From the sequence record OR995200.1: a stretch of DNA of 64,000 bases, one strand, 5' to 3'. Positions 55,606-64,000 of the stretch are shown here, piece by piece. Each line of letters starts with the position of its first letter. The stretch's first letter is position 1. The position numbers were made by a program, and so were the translations under genes. This DNA is from Escherichia phage JY01. The notes under the pieces were generated by a model that worked only from the letters and a program-made list of their open reading frames with translations, ran no database searches and had not been told where the DNA came from.

Positions 55606-55940
55606 TCACAGGATGTAGATGAACAACTAGAATCACAAGAACTTCCACATGAATCGCCCGTCCATACATGAACAGGAACATTAGTATCATATGAATCAGA
55701 ACTAGACTGTGTATTCTGTGTGTTAGATGATGTAGGTACTGACCAGCGCCAAGGATTTTTATAATATTCTTGGGCTTCTTCATAAGTCATAGTAACTTCT
55801 TCAACTGTTCCATCTCCCATATAAACATACTCAACTACAGTTAAAGGAAGGTAGTCATTTGAAATAGGAACTACACCTTCTCCCGGAGTTGTAGAGAAAA
55901 AATCTGTAAAGAAATTTTTAAACCAATTAAAGATAAACAT
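55602..55940 (-). CDS. hypothetical protein with Cys/Ser-rich C-terminal tail
   Basis: 112 aa ending ...[20 protein letters not shown]. Confidence 0.45.
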   Translation of the reverse strand: MFIFNWFKNFFTDFFSTTPGEGVVPISNDYLPLTVVEYVYMGDGTVEEVTMTYEEAQEYYKNPWRWSVPTSSNTQNTQSSSDSYDTNVPVHVWTGDSCGSSCDSSCSSTSCD

Positions 55941-56146
55941 TACAAAAAGCCTCTTTTGAATTCGACTTGCTTCTCACCATAATCATACCTAATCTCTGCA
56001 TTAAATTCAACAGAACCATCTGCGTACATCATAAATGAATGCACAACAACTTCTGTAGACCATGGCTGCAGTTCATATTTCTTCATTACATGTCGTGAAA
56101 TGATAATATCTAAATCTTCATTTGGTTTAATCCAACGATTTAACAT
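55940..56146 (-). CDS. hypothetical protein
   Basis: 68-aa ORF downstream of an early promoter module at 56171-56202. Confidence 0.45.
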   Translation of the reverse strand: MLNRWIKPNEDLDIIISRHVMKKYELQPWSTEVVVHSFMMYADGSVEFNAEIRYDYGEKQVEFKRGFL

Positions 56147-56170
56147 AGTGCTCTCCTCTATAAGATAATT

Positions 56171-56202
56171 CTATTATACCATACTCATTTTGATATGTAA
56201 AC
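56171..56202 (-). promoter_or_regulatory. T4-type early promoter module
   Basis: GTTTAC at 56197-56202 with a TATAAT-type -10. Confidence 0.5.
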
Positions 56203-56212
56203 CGGTAAAATG

Positions 56213-56236
56213 AAAAAAGGAACCCCGAAGGATTCC
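56213..56236 (-). terminator. intrinsic terminator after soc
   Basis: Hairpin GGAAUCC-UUCG-GGGUUCC followed by UUUUUU. Confidence 0.6.
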
Positions 56237-56244
56237 TTAAATTA

Positions 56245-56481
56245 TTAACCACCTATTTCTGTAGGTGTAAACATCGCAGCATTCTTAGTTTTCCAGTCAG
56301 CTGCATCAGAAACTACAGTAGAATATGCCGCCTTTTCAGAAGGAAAGGTCTGATAATGAGAATCTGCAATACGATGCTCGTTAGAATAGATTTCAAATGG
56401 AACAGAAACTTCCATACCTTTAACTTCTTTGCCTTCACCTGCTGGATGAGTAAAGGTCTTGATGTTAACGAAACCACCCAT
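56245..56481 (-). CDS. soc: small outer capsid protein Soc (divergent from T4)
   Basis: 78 aa; conserved Soc motifs VNIKTF and HYQTFPSEKAAYSTV; hairpin plus U-tract terminator downstream. Confidence 0.8.
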   Translation of the reverse strand: MGGFVNIKTFTHPAGEGKEVKGMEVSVPFEIYSNEHRIADSHYQTFPSEKAAYSTVVSDAADWKTKNAAMFTPTEIGG

Positions 56482-56662
56482 AATAAACTCCTTTATTGTT
56501 TAATTACAGGTGTATTTATAACTTATAATTTAGCGGCTTTCCAGAGTTGTTCAATAATCTCTTGGTCTATTTCTTTAGTTATTTCATTACGTAATAAAGC
56601 AGTAAGGGCTTTCGCCCTTTTCTTATTCAACTTTTTGAGTTGACGTTTATTTAAACGAGACA

Positions 56663-57181
56663 TTAATAACCTCGGTCTTGACGTGCGAAATTTTCAGCAT
56701 TTTTCAGGTAATAAAGTTTAAAGATTTCTTCTGCTGTAAGACCAAGACCTTGGAACATATTCAGAACGAAATGGAGAATATCAATCATTTCAAATTTAAT
56801 TTCCAGTTGGTCTTGTGGAGACAAATCAGTAATCAGAGTTTCACGACGTTCACCATGCTGCGACTTCCAAGGTTTCCATACAGCAGATGCATCTTTTTCA
56901 CCATTGCTCATACCACCAAGAGAAGTCAGAAGTTCGCGGAATTCATCATCAATATAATCTTTCTGATTACGCATCCAATCAACAACTTCACCTGCAGTAG
57001 CCAAATCATCAGGATGACGGTTATATTCAGGTTTATCTTTAGCTAAACGAACCTGTAAAGATTTCTGCATATCAAGCATAACTTGCAGCGGGTCTTTTTC
57101 ATCACCGAGAATATCCCAATATTCATTTTGAGCTTTATCAGCGCCTTCAATCAGTTGTGAACATTCGTTAAAGTAAGCCAT
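56663..57181 (-). CDS. 56: dCTP pyrophosphatase (MazG-like)
   Basis: 172 aa from MAYFNECSQ; track ORF has a 31-codon hydrophobic extension that is probably not translated. Confidence 0.8.
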   Translation of the reverse strand: MAYFNECSQLIEGADKAQNEYWDILGDEKDPLQVMLDMQKSLQVRLAKDKPEYNRHPDDLATAGEVVDWMRNQKDYIDDEFRELLTSLGGMSNGEKDASAVWKPWKSQHGERRETLITDLSPQDQLEIKFEMIDILHFVLNMFQGLGLTAEEIFKLYYLKNAENFARQDRGY

Positions 57182-57252
57182 TATTTTTCCTTTCAATTCA
57201 TGGGTTAGTAGATTAATTATACAATAAATATATAAAGCAATAAGGAGGACAT

Positions 57253-57453
57253 ATGGTACAAAAATTAATGGCACTTGTTAATGCCATCAAAGGTAATAAG
57301 AAACGTATAGCTTTTACTATTTCTGCTATGGTAGGAATTTTACTCTGGAACTTTATTTTATCACCAATTGCAATTGCACATGGTGTTAATATTCCAGTAG
57401 TTACTCTTGATACATTTGTAGATTTAGCATTTGCTTTAGTTGGGTTAATTTAA
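57253..57453 (+). CDS. small two-helix membrane protein (plus strand, late-type promoter)
   Basis: 66 aa with two hydrophobic segments; strong SD AAGGAGGA 5 nt upstream; TATAAA-type late-promoter-like sequence upstream; convergent with gene 61. Confidence 0.45.
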   Translation: MVQKLMALVNAIKGNKKRIAFTISAMVGILLWNFILSPIAIAHGVNIPVVTLDTFVDLAFALVGLI

Positions 57454-58478
57454 ATCTTAGCATATTTAGATAACCGCATTTTAGCCATCAACCCCTGGGC
57501 AATATTATTTTTCATATATTCCATAATTTGTTCAGGGGTTGCACCTTCCTTTCTAATCATATCATTAACATCTTTTGATTTCCAGGGAGATTTATCCCAA
57601 AACATAACCCTTTCTCCTGCATCAACTAATTTAGTCATTCGCTTAATAGTGTCAGGATGACGAGGTTCATTATCTAAGACCCACACACGCCTATCTTTAA
57701 ATGGAACAACTTCTAGGTCTAATTGACCACCCGTAATAGCTATACCATTTTCAATAAAAAGTGAATCTATAGGTCCTTCTAAAACATATACATCACCATC
57801 TTTAACTCGTTCGACTCCATATATTTTTGTTGCCTCAGGATAAGCTTTGATGGTGATATATTTTTGAGGAGCATCTTTCTTTAATGCACGCCCTTGAAAC
57901 GACTCGGCTTTTCCATTAGCATTATAAATTGGAATAACAAGACGAGGCTCAGAAATTTCCTTTTTGTATGTTCCCGGTGCTATGCTATTAACTAATTTAG
58001 GCCATTCGGTTGTAAACCAAAGATATTTCCATTTATCCTTTGGAATACAACGAGCTTTTACATATTTTATAATTGGATGGTCTTCCACCAGTTTATCTAA
58101 TCTAACACATGACTGAAGAGATTTAATTATTTTCTTCTCAGGATGTTTAGGAAGTTCTTTAGGTTTTTCTACTGGACGACTTTTACCTTTTTCTTTTCTT
58201 ATTTCAAAGATATACTCACGATATAAATCAGGTTCAAACTCCTTTAAATATATTCCGATTGGTGCATGATAGTTACAGTTATAACAATGAATATTTCCTT
58301 CATTATTATCACCGTAATACCATCCACGGGCTTTATTCTGGTCGGTTTTTGAATCTCCACAAACAGGGCATCTAAACCGTAATTTAAAAGTTGAACTATT
58401 ATTTACTTGTGTGAATTTAGGTAAATGAGCTAATGCACGATACGCAAACTCATTATCAATCCAAGGTATTGATGACAT
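57450..58478 (-). CDS. 61: DNA primase
   Basis: 342 aa, same as T4 gp61; N-terminal zinc ribbon CPVCGD...CYNC. Confidence 0.95.
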   Translation of the reverse strand: MSSIPWIDNEFAYRALAHLPKFTQVNNSSTFKLRFRCPVCGDSKTDQNKARGWYYGDNNEGNIHCYNCNYHAPIGIYLKEFEPDLYREYIFEIRKEKGKSRPVEKPKELPKHPEKKIIKSLQSCVRLDKLVEDHPIIKYVKARCIPKDKWKYLWFTTEWPKLVNSIAPGTYKKEISEPRLVIPIYNANGKAESFQGRALKKDAPQKYITIKAYPEATKIYGVERVKDGDVYVLEGPIDSLFIENGIAITGGQLDLEVVPFKDRRVWVLDNEPRHPDTIKRMTKLVDAGERVMFWDKSPWKSKDVNDMIRKEGATPEQIMEYMKNNIAQGLMAKMRLSKYAKI

Positions 58479-58480
58479 TT

Positions 58481-58645
58481 TTACTCTTCTTTTTCTTTAG
58501 ATTCCTCTTTTTTCTTTTTAGGAATCTGTTCAGGACCTTTATTTACTACAGCGCCCGACGTTGTTCCAGTAGAGATATTTTCAGGATTACCACCTGAATC
58601 TCCAGCTACCATATCTTCTTTAATAAATTCTTTATATGTTTTCAT
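58481..58645 (-). CDS. small hypothetical protein
   Basis: 54-codon ORF MKTYKEFIKED...; below track cutoff; start lies in the 49-bp repeat. Confidence 0.3.
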   Translation of the reverse strand: MKTYKEFIKEDMVAGDSGGNPENISTGTTSGAVVNKGPEQIPKKKKEESKEKEE

Positions 58646-58646
58646 A

Positions 58647-59003
58647 TTAACCTCTATTCATAAAAGCATTAAAAATTTGGTCATCAATAGATGGAATAGC
58701 AACCTTTTCGGCATCATTTAGCAAATCATTAATTTCATCAGATAGCATAACACATGTGCCTTTATTTCCTGTAATTGTTACTGCGCAATTACGAACGTTT
58801 TCTTTATCAAATTTTAGGTTAATATTTTCGTAGTGAAAATCCTTTAATGCCGAATATATCTTTAAAATGAAATTGTCTTTTACTACAATAAACCCAACCT
58901 CACTATTAAAACGTGGTTCATGGAAACTGTAATAAACCTTTTCATCTATAAAATCGTATGAAATTTTTTCCATTTTTAAATATGAAAATTCAGAACTATA
59001 CAT
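58647..59003 (-). CDS. hypothetical protein (61.x)
   Basis: 118 aa; C-terminus IDDQIFNAFMNRG shared with the next ORF. Confidence 0.5.
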   Translation of the reverse strand: MYSSEFSYLKMEKISYDFIDEKVYYSFHEPRFNSEVGFIVVKDNFILKIYSALKDFHYENINLKFDKENVRNCAVTITGNKGTCVMLSDEINDLLNDAEKVAIPSIDDQIFNAFMNRG

Positions 59004-59004
59004 A

Positions 59005-59646
59005 TTAACCTTTATTCATAAAAGCATTAAAAATTTGATCGTCAATAGAAACTTTTACTTTAGGCTGTTCTTCAAACGGTAATTCATATCCACATATTAC
59101 AATTTTGTGATCAATATCAAAATACACAGAAGAAATATGATTAATGATGTTTTCAGTAAAGTCTAAATCAACATCAATATCTTTTTGACCACAGCCCAAA
59201 GGATAAATAATGCGAGTAATTCGATTATCTTTAACAAATATTCCACCGACATACTCTGTGCTGCGTTTAAAGTTTACACGTTTCCTAAATGAAAAATATT
59301 CAGGCTCTCTATGAGCTCGGCTCATAGGACACAACGAGTAACTAGAATAAGAGATGTCAAATCCTACACCTTCAATATGAGCCAACGCGTCATGATTAAA
59401 CCAATTATAATCGTACGCCAAATCCATTATATTGTAATATGTGAAAGGCACCGGATTAACATCATGCGTTGTACCTTTAAAATCTGCCCAGGCAACGATT
59501 TCGTTATCTTTAACAATTACAAAAATTGTGCCAATAAGATATCCACGGTTATTTTCATCAGGCGTTATATTATAACATTGTGCACCAGGAAATTTACCGT
59601 ATTTAAACGGTGGATTTTTGTGCATATAATAAATCATATTATTCAC
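59005..59646 (-). CDS. hypothetical protein (61.x)
   Basis: 213 aa; C-terminus IDDQIFNAFMNKG. Confidence 0.5.
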   Translation of the reverse strand: MNNMIYYMHKNPPFKYGKFPGAQCYNITPDENNRGYLIGTIFVIVKDNEIVAWADFKGTTHDVNPVPFTYYNIMDLAYDYNWFNHDALAHIEGVGFDISYSSYSLCPMSRAHREPEYFSFRKRVNFKRSTEYVGGIFVKDNRITRIIYPLGCGQKDIDVDLDFTENIINHISSVYFDIDHKIVICGYELPFEEQPKVKVSIDDQIFNAFMNKG

Positions 59647-59932
59647 CTGTGATTTCGGTTACGATATCTTTGTTATTAAAGTTTTTATCGCAATACAAAA
59701 CATAATTATACTGCATTACACCACCAGACTTAAGCTGTTTTTGCACTTCAGCTTTCATTTCAGGACGATCGCGCTCAACAATATTCATAATATCCGCTTC
59801 AATTTGAGTTTCAACTTCAGTCTGATCCGCAGTCATAGACCATTCACACAAATCTTTATCATAACCTGCCATAGCAGGCTGAGCAGCACAAGAAGCTAAA
59901 GCAAAAATTGTAGCAAAAATAAATTTTTTCAT
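59639..59932 (-). CDS. sp: Spackle periplasmic superinfection-exclusion protein
   Basis: 97 aa with cleavable signal peptide MKKFIFATIFALASCAAQPAMA; matches T4 Sp as recalled. Confidence 0.8.
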   Translation of the reverse strand: MKKFIFATIFALASCAAQPAMAGYDKDLCEWSMTADQTEVETQIEADIMNIVERDRPEMKAEVQKQLKSGGVMQYNYVLYCDKNFNNKDIVTEITGE

Positions 59933-59992
59933 GATAATCTCCTCAGTAGTTTATGTTTATATAGTATCTCAATTTCCAACAAAAGTAAATAG

Positions 59993-60250
59993 TTATTTTA
60001 AAACTTCTGCATAATCACATGTTACAAACTGTTTCTCTAACTTAACGATCTTACGAAAATATCTTTTGCATTGACGAATCTGCCTCTTCGTAGGACGTAC
60101 AGCAAACTTAATAAATTCCACTCGACCAAATGGAGGGCTTTCTTCTGCTGGAATATCTAACACCAATTCCCACGTTTCTGCAATAAGTGCTTTGAATTGA
60201 GTATTTTTCCTGACGTTATACGGAGTAGGTTTAAATAAAACAATATGCAT
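59993..60250 (-). CDS. hypothetical basic protein (61.4 position)
   Basis: 85-aa ORF. Confidence 0.45.
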   Translation of the reverse strand: MHIVLFKPTPYNVRKNTQFKALIAETWELVLDIPAEESPPFGRVEFIKFAVRPTKRQIRQCKRYFRKIVKLEKQFVTCDYAEVLK

Positions 60251-60251
60251 A

Positions 60252-60434
60252 TTATCCTCGGCAATCTACTTCACATACTTTCTTGTCATCAATGAAAGCT
60301 TTAACTAATGCTTTATTAACTTCAGCATATTGAGTAGTAGCCCATTGAACGTCATCTTTCATCATTGTGGTTTCTTTAGTAAACATGCTTTCATTCTTAA
60401 ACCACCCCATAAAAACTACCTTTACCAATTCCAT
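60252..60434 (-). CDS. dmd: Dmd antitoxin (inhibitor of host RnlA/LsoA toxins)
   Basis: 60 aa MELVKVVFMGWFKNESMFTKE..., as recalled for T4 Dmd. Confidence 0.85.
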   Translation of the reverse strand: MELVKVVFMGWFKNESMFTKETTMMKDDVQWATTQYAEVNKALVKAFIDDKKVCEVDCRG

Positions 60435-60462
60435 AACAATCTCCTCATTTAACCAACAAGAC

Positions 60463-60493
60463 TACTATACCATAGTCTTGTCAGCTTGTAAAC
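60463..60493 (-). promoter_or_regulatory. early promoter upstream of dmd
   Basis: GTTTAC at 60488-60493 overlapping the gene 41 stop. Confidence 0.5.
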
Positions 60494-61920
60494 TAAAATT
60501 TTAATTCATTTGCCAAAGCATCTAACTGAGCTCGAGTGGATTCATTTCTTTGATAGCGATTCTGTTCAGCCTGAATCTGTTGTGAACCTGCTACTTCACT
60601 CACTTCAGTTGGAGTAGAATCTTGTTCAATTTCTACCCATTTTTGATTTCCTTTTTGAACACCCATCAAAAACTTATTCCACTTATTCTTATCACCATAT
60701 CGTGATTTGATTTGCTTAATGAGTTGTTGTTCAGCAGCTGCTAGCTCCTCGGTTTCAATGACCGCAAGCATAAAATCAGCTGTTGCTGGAAGACCAGCAG
60801 ATTCTGCAATATCACTCATGTTAACATCAGAAGAGTCCCAAGCTTGTTTACCGACCTGTGCTGCAGTCCAAAGAACAGTTTCGGTTTCAACAGCCAGAGC
60901 ACGTAATTCCTCTGCAATAGCTTTAACAGTTGTGTAACTATTTTCTGAATAAACTCTAATGCGACAAGATTTACAAATACCTAGATAGTCGACAATAATG
61001 ATCGTTGGAACAAAATTCTTTTTGAGCTTCAATTCATTCAAGAGAGACCTGAATGTATTAGCGTCTGCTCCACCAGTGGGATACTGTTTAACGATTAAAC
61101 GACCGAGAGTAGATTTCTCACGCCATTTTTCCATTTTTCCTTTATACTCGGCGTAAGAAATATGTCCATCATCAATATCGTCAAGAGAAACATCGAGCAT
61201 GTTAGCATCAATACGTTTAGCACAGACTTCTTCTGCCATTTCCATGGAGATATAAAGAACGTTATGACCAAGCTGTAAATAATCCGCTGCTAATGAACAA
61301 AGTCCTAATGATTTACCAACGTTAACGCCAGCCATTAAAACGTTCAGTGTTCCTGTCTCAGCTCCGCCTTTAGTAATTTTGTTTAGAATTCTGAGTTTAA
61401 ATGGAACTTTACGAGCTTTATTCATATAAGATAGCCAGCGTGCTTCGTAGTCATCCATCCAATCATGACCAACGTAGCTATCAAATGAAATTGATAATGC
61501 TTGACGCATGATATCAGGAATAGCACCTACATCTGGCATTTTCTTATTTCGTTTTTCCGGAGGAAGCTCAGCATTAGTTTGAATTTCGATTATTTTAGAC
61601 GTAGCATTAAACATCGCCCTTTGCTGAACATATTTTTCTGTTTCTTTTACTAACCAACTGTGGTCTTCTGGAGAATCGGCTAGTTTTGAAATAAGTGTTT
61701 TTACACCAGAATATTCTGTTTCAGTAAATGAACTATTTTCTAATGCAACATTTAACGCATTAATAGATGGAACGCTATGATACTCATTAACATGAGATTT
61801 AATTAATTTGAATGTATTTTTAGCTGGACCACTTTCAAAATATTCTGAATCCATATATGGCCAAACTTTTGAAAAATAAGCTTGATCAAATATAAGATGA
61901 GAAAGAATAATTTCTACCAC
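60493..61920 (-). CDS. 41: replicative DNA helicase
   Basis: 475 aa, same as T4 gp41; DnaB-family Walker A GVNVGKS. Confidence 0.95.
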   Translation of the reverse strand: MVEIILSHLIFDQAYFSKVWPYMDSEYFESGPAKNTFKLIKSHVNEYHSVPSINALNVALENSSFTETEYSGVKTLISKLADSPEDHSWLVKETEKYVQQRAMFNATSKIIEIQTNAELPPEKRNKKMPDVGAIPDIMRQALSISFDSYVGHDWMDDYEARWLSYMNKARKVPFKLRILNKITKGGAETGTLNVLMAGVNVGKSLGLCSLAADYLQLGHNVLYISMEMAEEVCAKRIDANMLDVSLDDIDDGHISYAEYKGKMEKWREKSTLGRLIVKQYPTGGADANTFRSLLNELKLKKNFVPTIIIVDYLGICKSCRIRVYSENSYTTVKAIAEELRALAVETETVLWTAAQVGKQAWDSSDVNMSDIAESAGLPATADFMLAVIETEELAAAEQQLIKQIKSRYGDKNKWNKFLMGVQKGNQKWVEIEQDSTPTEVSEVAGSQQIQAEQNRYQRNESTRAQLDALANELKF

Positions 61921-61929
61921 ACTTACTCC

Positions 61930-62274
61930 TTAAAAGAATTTAAATTTTTTCTTTGACCTTTTATTAAATGCATCTTGTAGTTGCATTGTAATACATTTTT
62001 CTACATGAGGAGCTAACTCAGCTTTTCTTTCTTGGTCAAGAACAGCAAAGTCCATTACGACTTTTCCATCAACCCAATCTAATTTTGTCACATACACAAT
62101 GTGTGTAGAACCATCTTCTAGTTTAATGACAATCTCCTGGATAACATTTTCCATGGCAGATTTAATTATCTTAAGAGATTCATTAAAAAGACGTTCTTTT
62201 CTTTCTTCTTCCCCCTCCGAAGAGGGGGATTCATCGATAATTTCTAGATCTAAGTCTAAATCATCTTTATTCAT
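61930..62274 (-). CDS. 40: gp40 head-vertex assembly chaperone
   Basis: 114 aa from MNKDDLDL (track ORF is 120 aa); position between 41 and uvsX. Confidence 0.55.
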   Translation of the reverse strand: MNKDDLDLDLEIIDESPSSEGEEERKERLFNESLKIIKSAMENVIQEIVIKLEDGSTHIVYVTKLDWVDGKVVMDFAVLDQERKAELAPHVEKCITMQLQDAFNKRSKKKFKFF

Positions 62275-63448
62275 TAAATTCTTCCATATCACTTAACTGT
62301 TCGAGGTCAGTTTCTAAATCAGCAGCTGATTTACTTTTACTTTCTGGAGATTTAAATTTTTCAACCTTTGAGTTAATCAATTCATCAACTTCAGCTTCAA
62401 CAATTTCATTACTATCAATAGCACCTAACTGATAAGCACGTTTAATAGCATCTCGGAATGGTTGATGCTTAAATAAAGGACCCCAGAATGTAGTGCAGTT
62501 AGTATCTTTTGCACGCCAAGATTTTTCTTCGCGAATCATCTCGCCGGTTTCTTCTTCAAGAAATTCACGAGCATACCAACCATTCTTAGGTTTTACTACA
62601 AATCCTAATTCTAGAGCCATATCTAACAATCCAGAATAAGGATCGATACCACCGTCAAATTTAACATCAATAAAGAATTTACTTTTTTCTTTAACGGTAC
62701 GAGATTTTTCTACATTTAGAACAAATTGATACCCCTGAAGATCAGAACCATCTTTAATCTGACGCTTACCGATAATGAATACAGTATCAGCCGAATACAT
62801 TACGCCTGTACCACCTGTCATCACGGTTTTACTAAACATTTCAATTGTTTCAATTGTATGGTTAACCGCAACACACGGAATATTTTTAATGCTAAAATAA
62901 GGAGTAACGATACGGAATAATGACTTCAGTGATTTAGCACGAGTCATATCTGCAACAGATTTTTCATTCAAGGCATCTTCCGTTTCTTTCTTAGAAGCCA
63001 TATTACCGATTGAGTCGATGAATACAATAACCTTTTCGCCACGCTCAATAGCTTCAAGCTGATTCACCATATCAATTTTCAGCTGTTCAACTGATTGAAT
63101 TGGCGTATGAATTACACGTTCCGGGTCAACTCCCATGGATCGCAAATAAGCTGGAGTAATACCAAATTCGCTATCATAGAATAGACAAACCGCGTCAGGA
63201 TATTTGTTCAAATATGCCGCAACCATAGTCAAAGACATATTTGATTTAAAGTGTTTAGAAGGCCCTGCGAAAATAGTTAAACCAGACTGCATACCGCCAT
63301 CAATCGCACCAGAAATAGCGATATTAAGCATTGGGATTTTTGTACGAATTACATCCTTTTCATTAAAGAATTTAGATGTAGTCAGTTCGGCAGTCATTTT
63401 AGAAGTGGAAGCTTTAATCAAACGGGATTTTAAATCTGCAATAGACAT
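62267..63448 (-). CDS. uvsX: UvsX recombinase (RecA-like)
   Basis: 393 aa; Walker A GPSKHFKS; T4 position. Confidence 0.95.
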   Translation of the reverse strand: MSIADLKSRLIKASTSKMTAELTTSKFFNEKDVIRTKIPMLNIAISGAIDGGMQSGLTIFAGPSKHFKSNMSLTMVAAYLNKYPDAVCLFYDSEFGITPAYLRSMGVDPERVIHTPIQSVEQLKIDMVNQLEAIERGEKVIVFIDSIGNMASKKETEDALNEKSVADMTRAKSLKSLFRIVTPYFSIKNIPCVAVNHTIETIEMFSKTVMTGGTGVMYSADTVFIIGKRQIKDGSDLQGYQFVLNVEKSRTVKEKSKFFIDVKFDGGIDPYSGLLDMALELGFVVKPKNGWYAREFLEEETGEMIREEKSWRAKDTNCTTFWGPLFKHQPFRDAIKRAYQLGAIDSNEIVEAEVDELINSKVEKFKSPESKSKSAADLETDLEQLSDMEEFNE

Positions 63449-63525
63449 TCATTTTTTCCATAGGCATCATTATATTTTCCTCACTGGTTAAAGATAGAGT
63501 AATTATAACACAATAAATTTAGGCA

Positions 63526-64000
63526 TTAATCAACTGCTATTGGATGAATAGCATTAAACTTATGAAACGCTTCTGATTTTTCTTTGCGCGAAACACACAT
63601 GCGAAGAACCTTTAATGGCTCGTCTTCTTCACCCAACGATTTTCTCTTTTCAATATTCGATGTTTTCCAACGAGCTTGCTCTGGAAACTCTCTATTGATT
63701 TGCTCAAGCGCTCTATTATGTTTAGAATTACTACGAATTGAACTACATCCGCCAGGAGCTTGTGCTTTTCCAGATACAACCAGATATTTGAACAGGGCCA
63801 AATGCGGATAACCTTGACTAATTAAATTGAGAAATGCATACATATCTTCGCATAAATCAATTTTTCCATACCCAATTTGTTCTGTCGTAAGTTTTCCGAG
63901 GTCATACCATGTATTCGTGAATCCATATGAATTTTCACGATAATTACCCCAAGATGAAGTAATTTTAAAAATAGGTAGACGAGCATGGCCATGATAATAC
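63526..64000 (-). CDS. gene at the T4 beta-glucosyltransferase locus (beta-gt or beta-alpha-gt), partial; N-terminus beyond window end
   Basis: Frame is open from the window end to the stop at 63526 (at least 157 codons); identity inferred from position next to uvsX only. Confidence 0.35.
   Translation of the reverse strand, partial: YYHGHARLPIFKITSSWGNYRENSYGFTNTWYDLGKLTTEQIGYGKIDLCEDMYAFLNLISQGYPHLALFKYLVVSGKAQAPGGCSSIRSNSKHNRALEQINREFPEQARWKTSNIEKRKSLGEEDEPLKVLRMCVSRKEKSEAFHKFNAIHPIAVD

Overview
This window is a T-even (T4-like, Tevenvirinae) phage genome segment, colinear with the T4 map from gene 30.2 through rIII, 31, cd, pseT, alc, rnlA(63), denA, nrdB, nrdA, td, frd, 32, 59, 33, dsbA, rnh, the long tail fibre operon 34-35-36-37-38, holin t, asiA, arn, motA, 52, ac, stp, ndd, denB, rIIB, rIIA, 39, dexA, dda, srd, modA, modB, soc, 56, 61, sp, dmd, 41, 40, uvsX and the start of the beta-gt locus. 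Early and middle genes are tightly packed on the minus strand; the late tail-fibre and lysis genes are on the plus strand. All calls come from reading the translations and nucleotide motifs by eye and from recalled T4 biology; no database search or folding was run, so every assignment needs BLAST/HMM confirmation. It is not T4 itself: topoisomerase gene 39 is a single 606-aa ORF (no separate gene 60 or mobA), td and nrdB are uninterrupted, there is no segG between 32 and 59, gp38 is a 259-aa glycine-run adhesin (T2/T6 type) and Soc is divergent. Intergenic regions carry a recurring early-promoter module (-35 GTTTAC, -10 TATAGT/TATAAT, conserved leader) and GC-rich tetraloop hairpins; translating those leaders in frame gives the ORF track several false N-terminal extensions. 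No tRNA, rRNA, CRISPR array or transposon was seen. The most unusual material is in the hypervariable early regions: a tandem paralog trio between 39 and dexA, an extra ORF between frd and td, a cluster of tiny membrane peptides between ndd and denB, a plus-strand small membrane-protein gene between 56 and 61, and a 49-bp duplicated gene junction between 61 and sp. I could not identify one clearly novel multi-gene system beyond these candidates.
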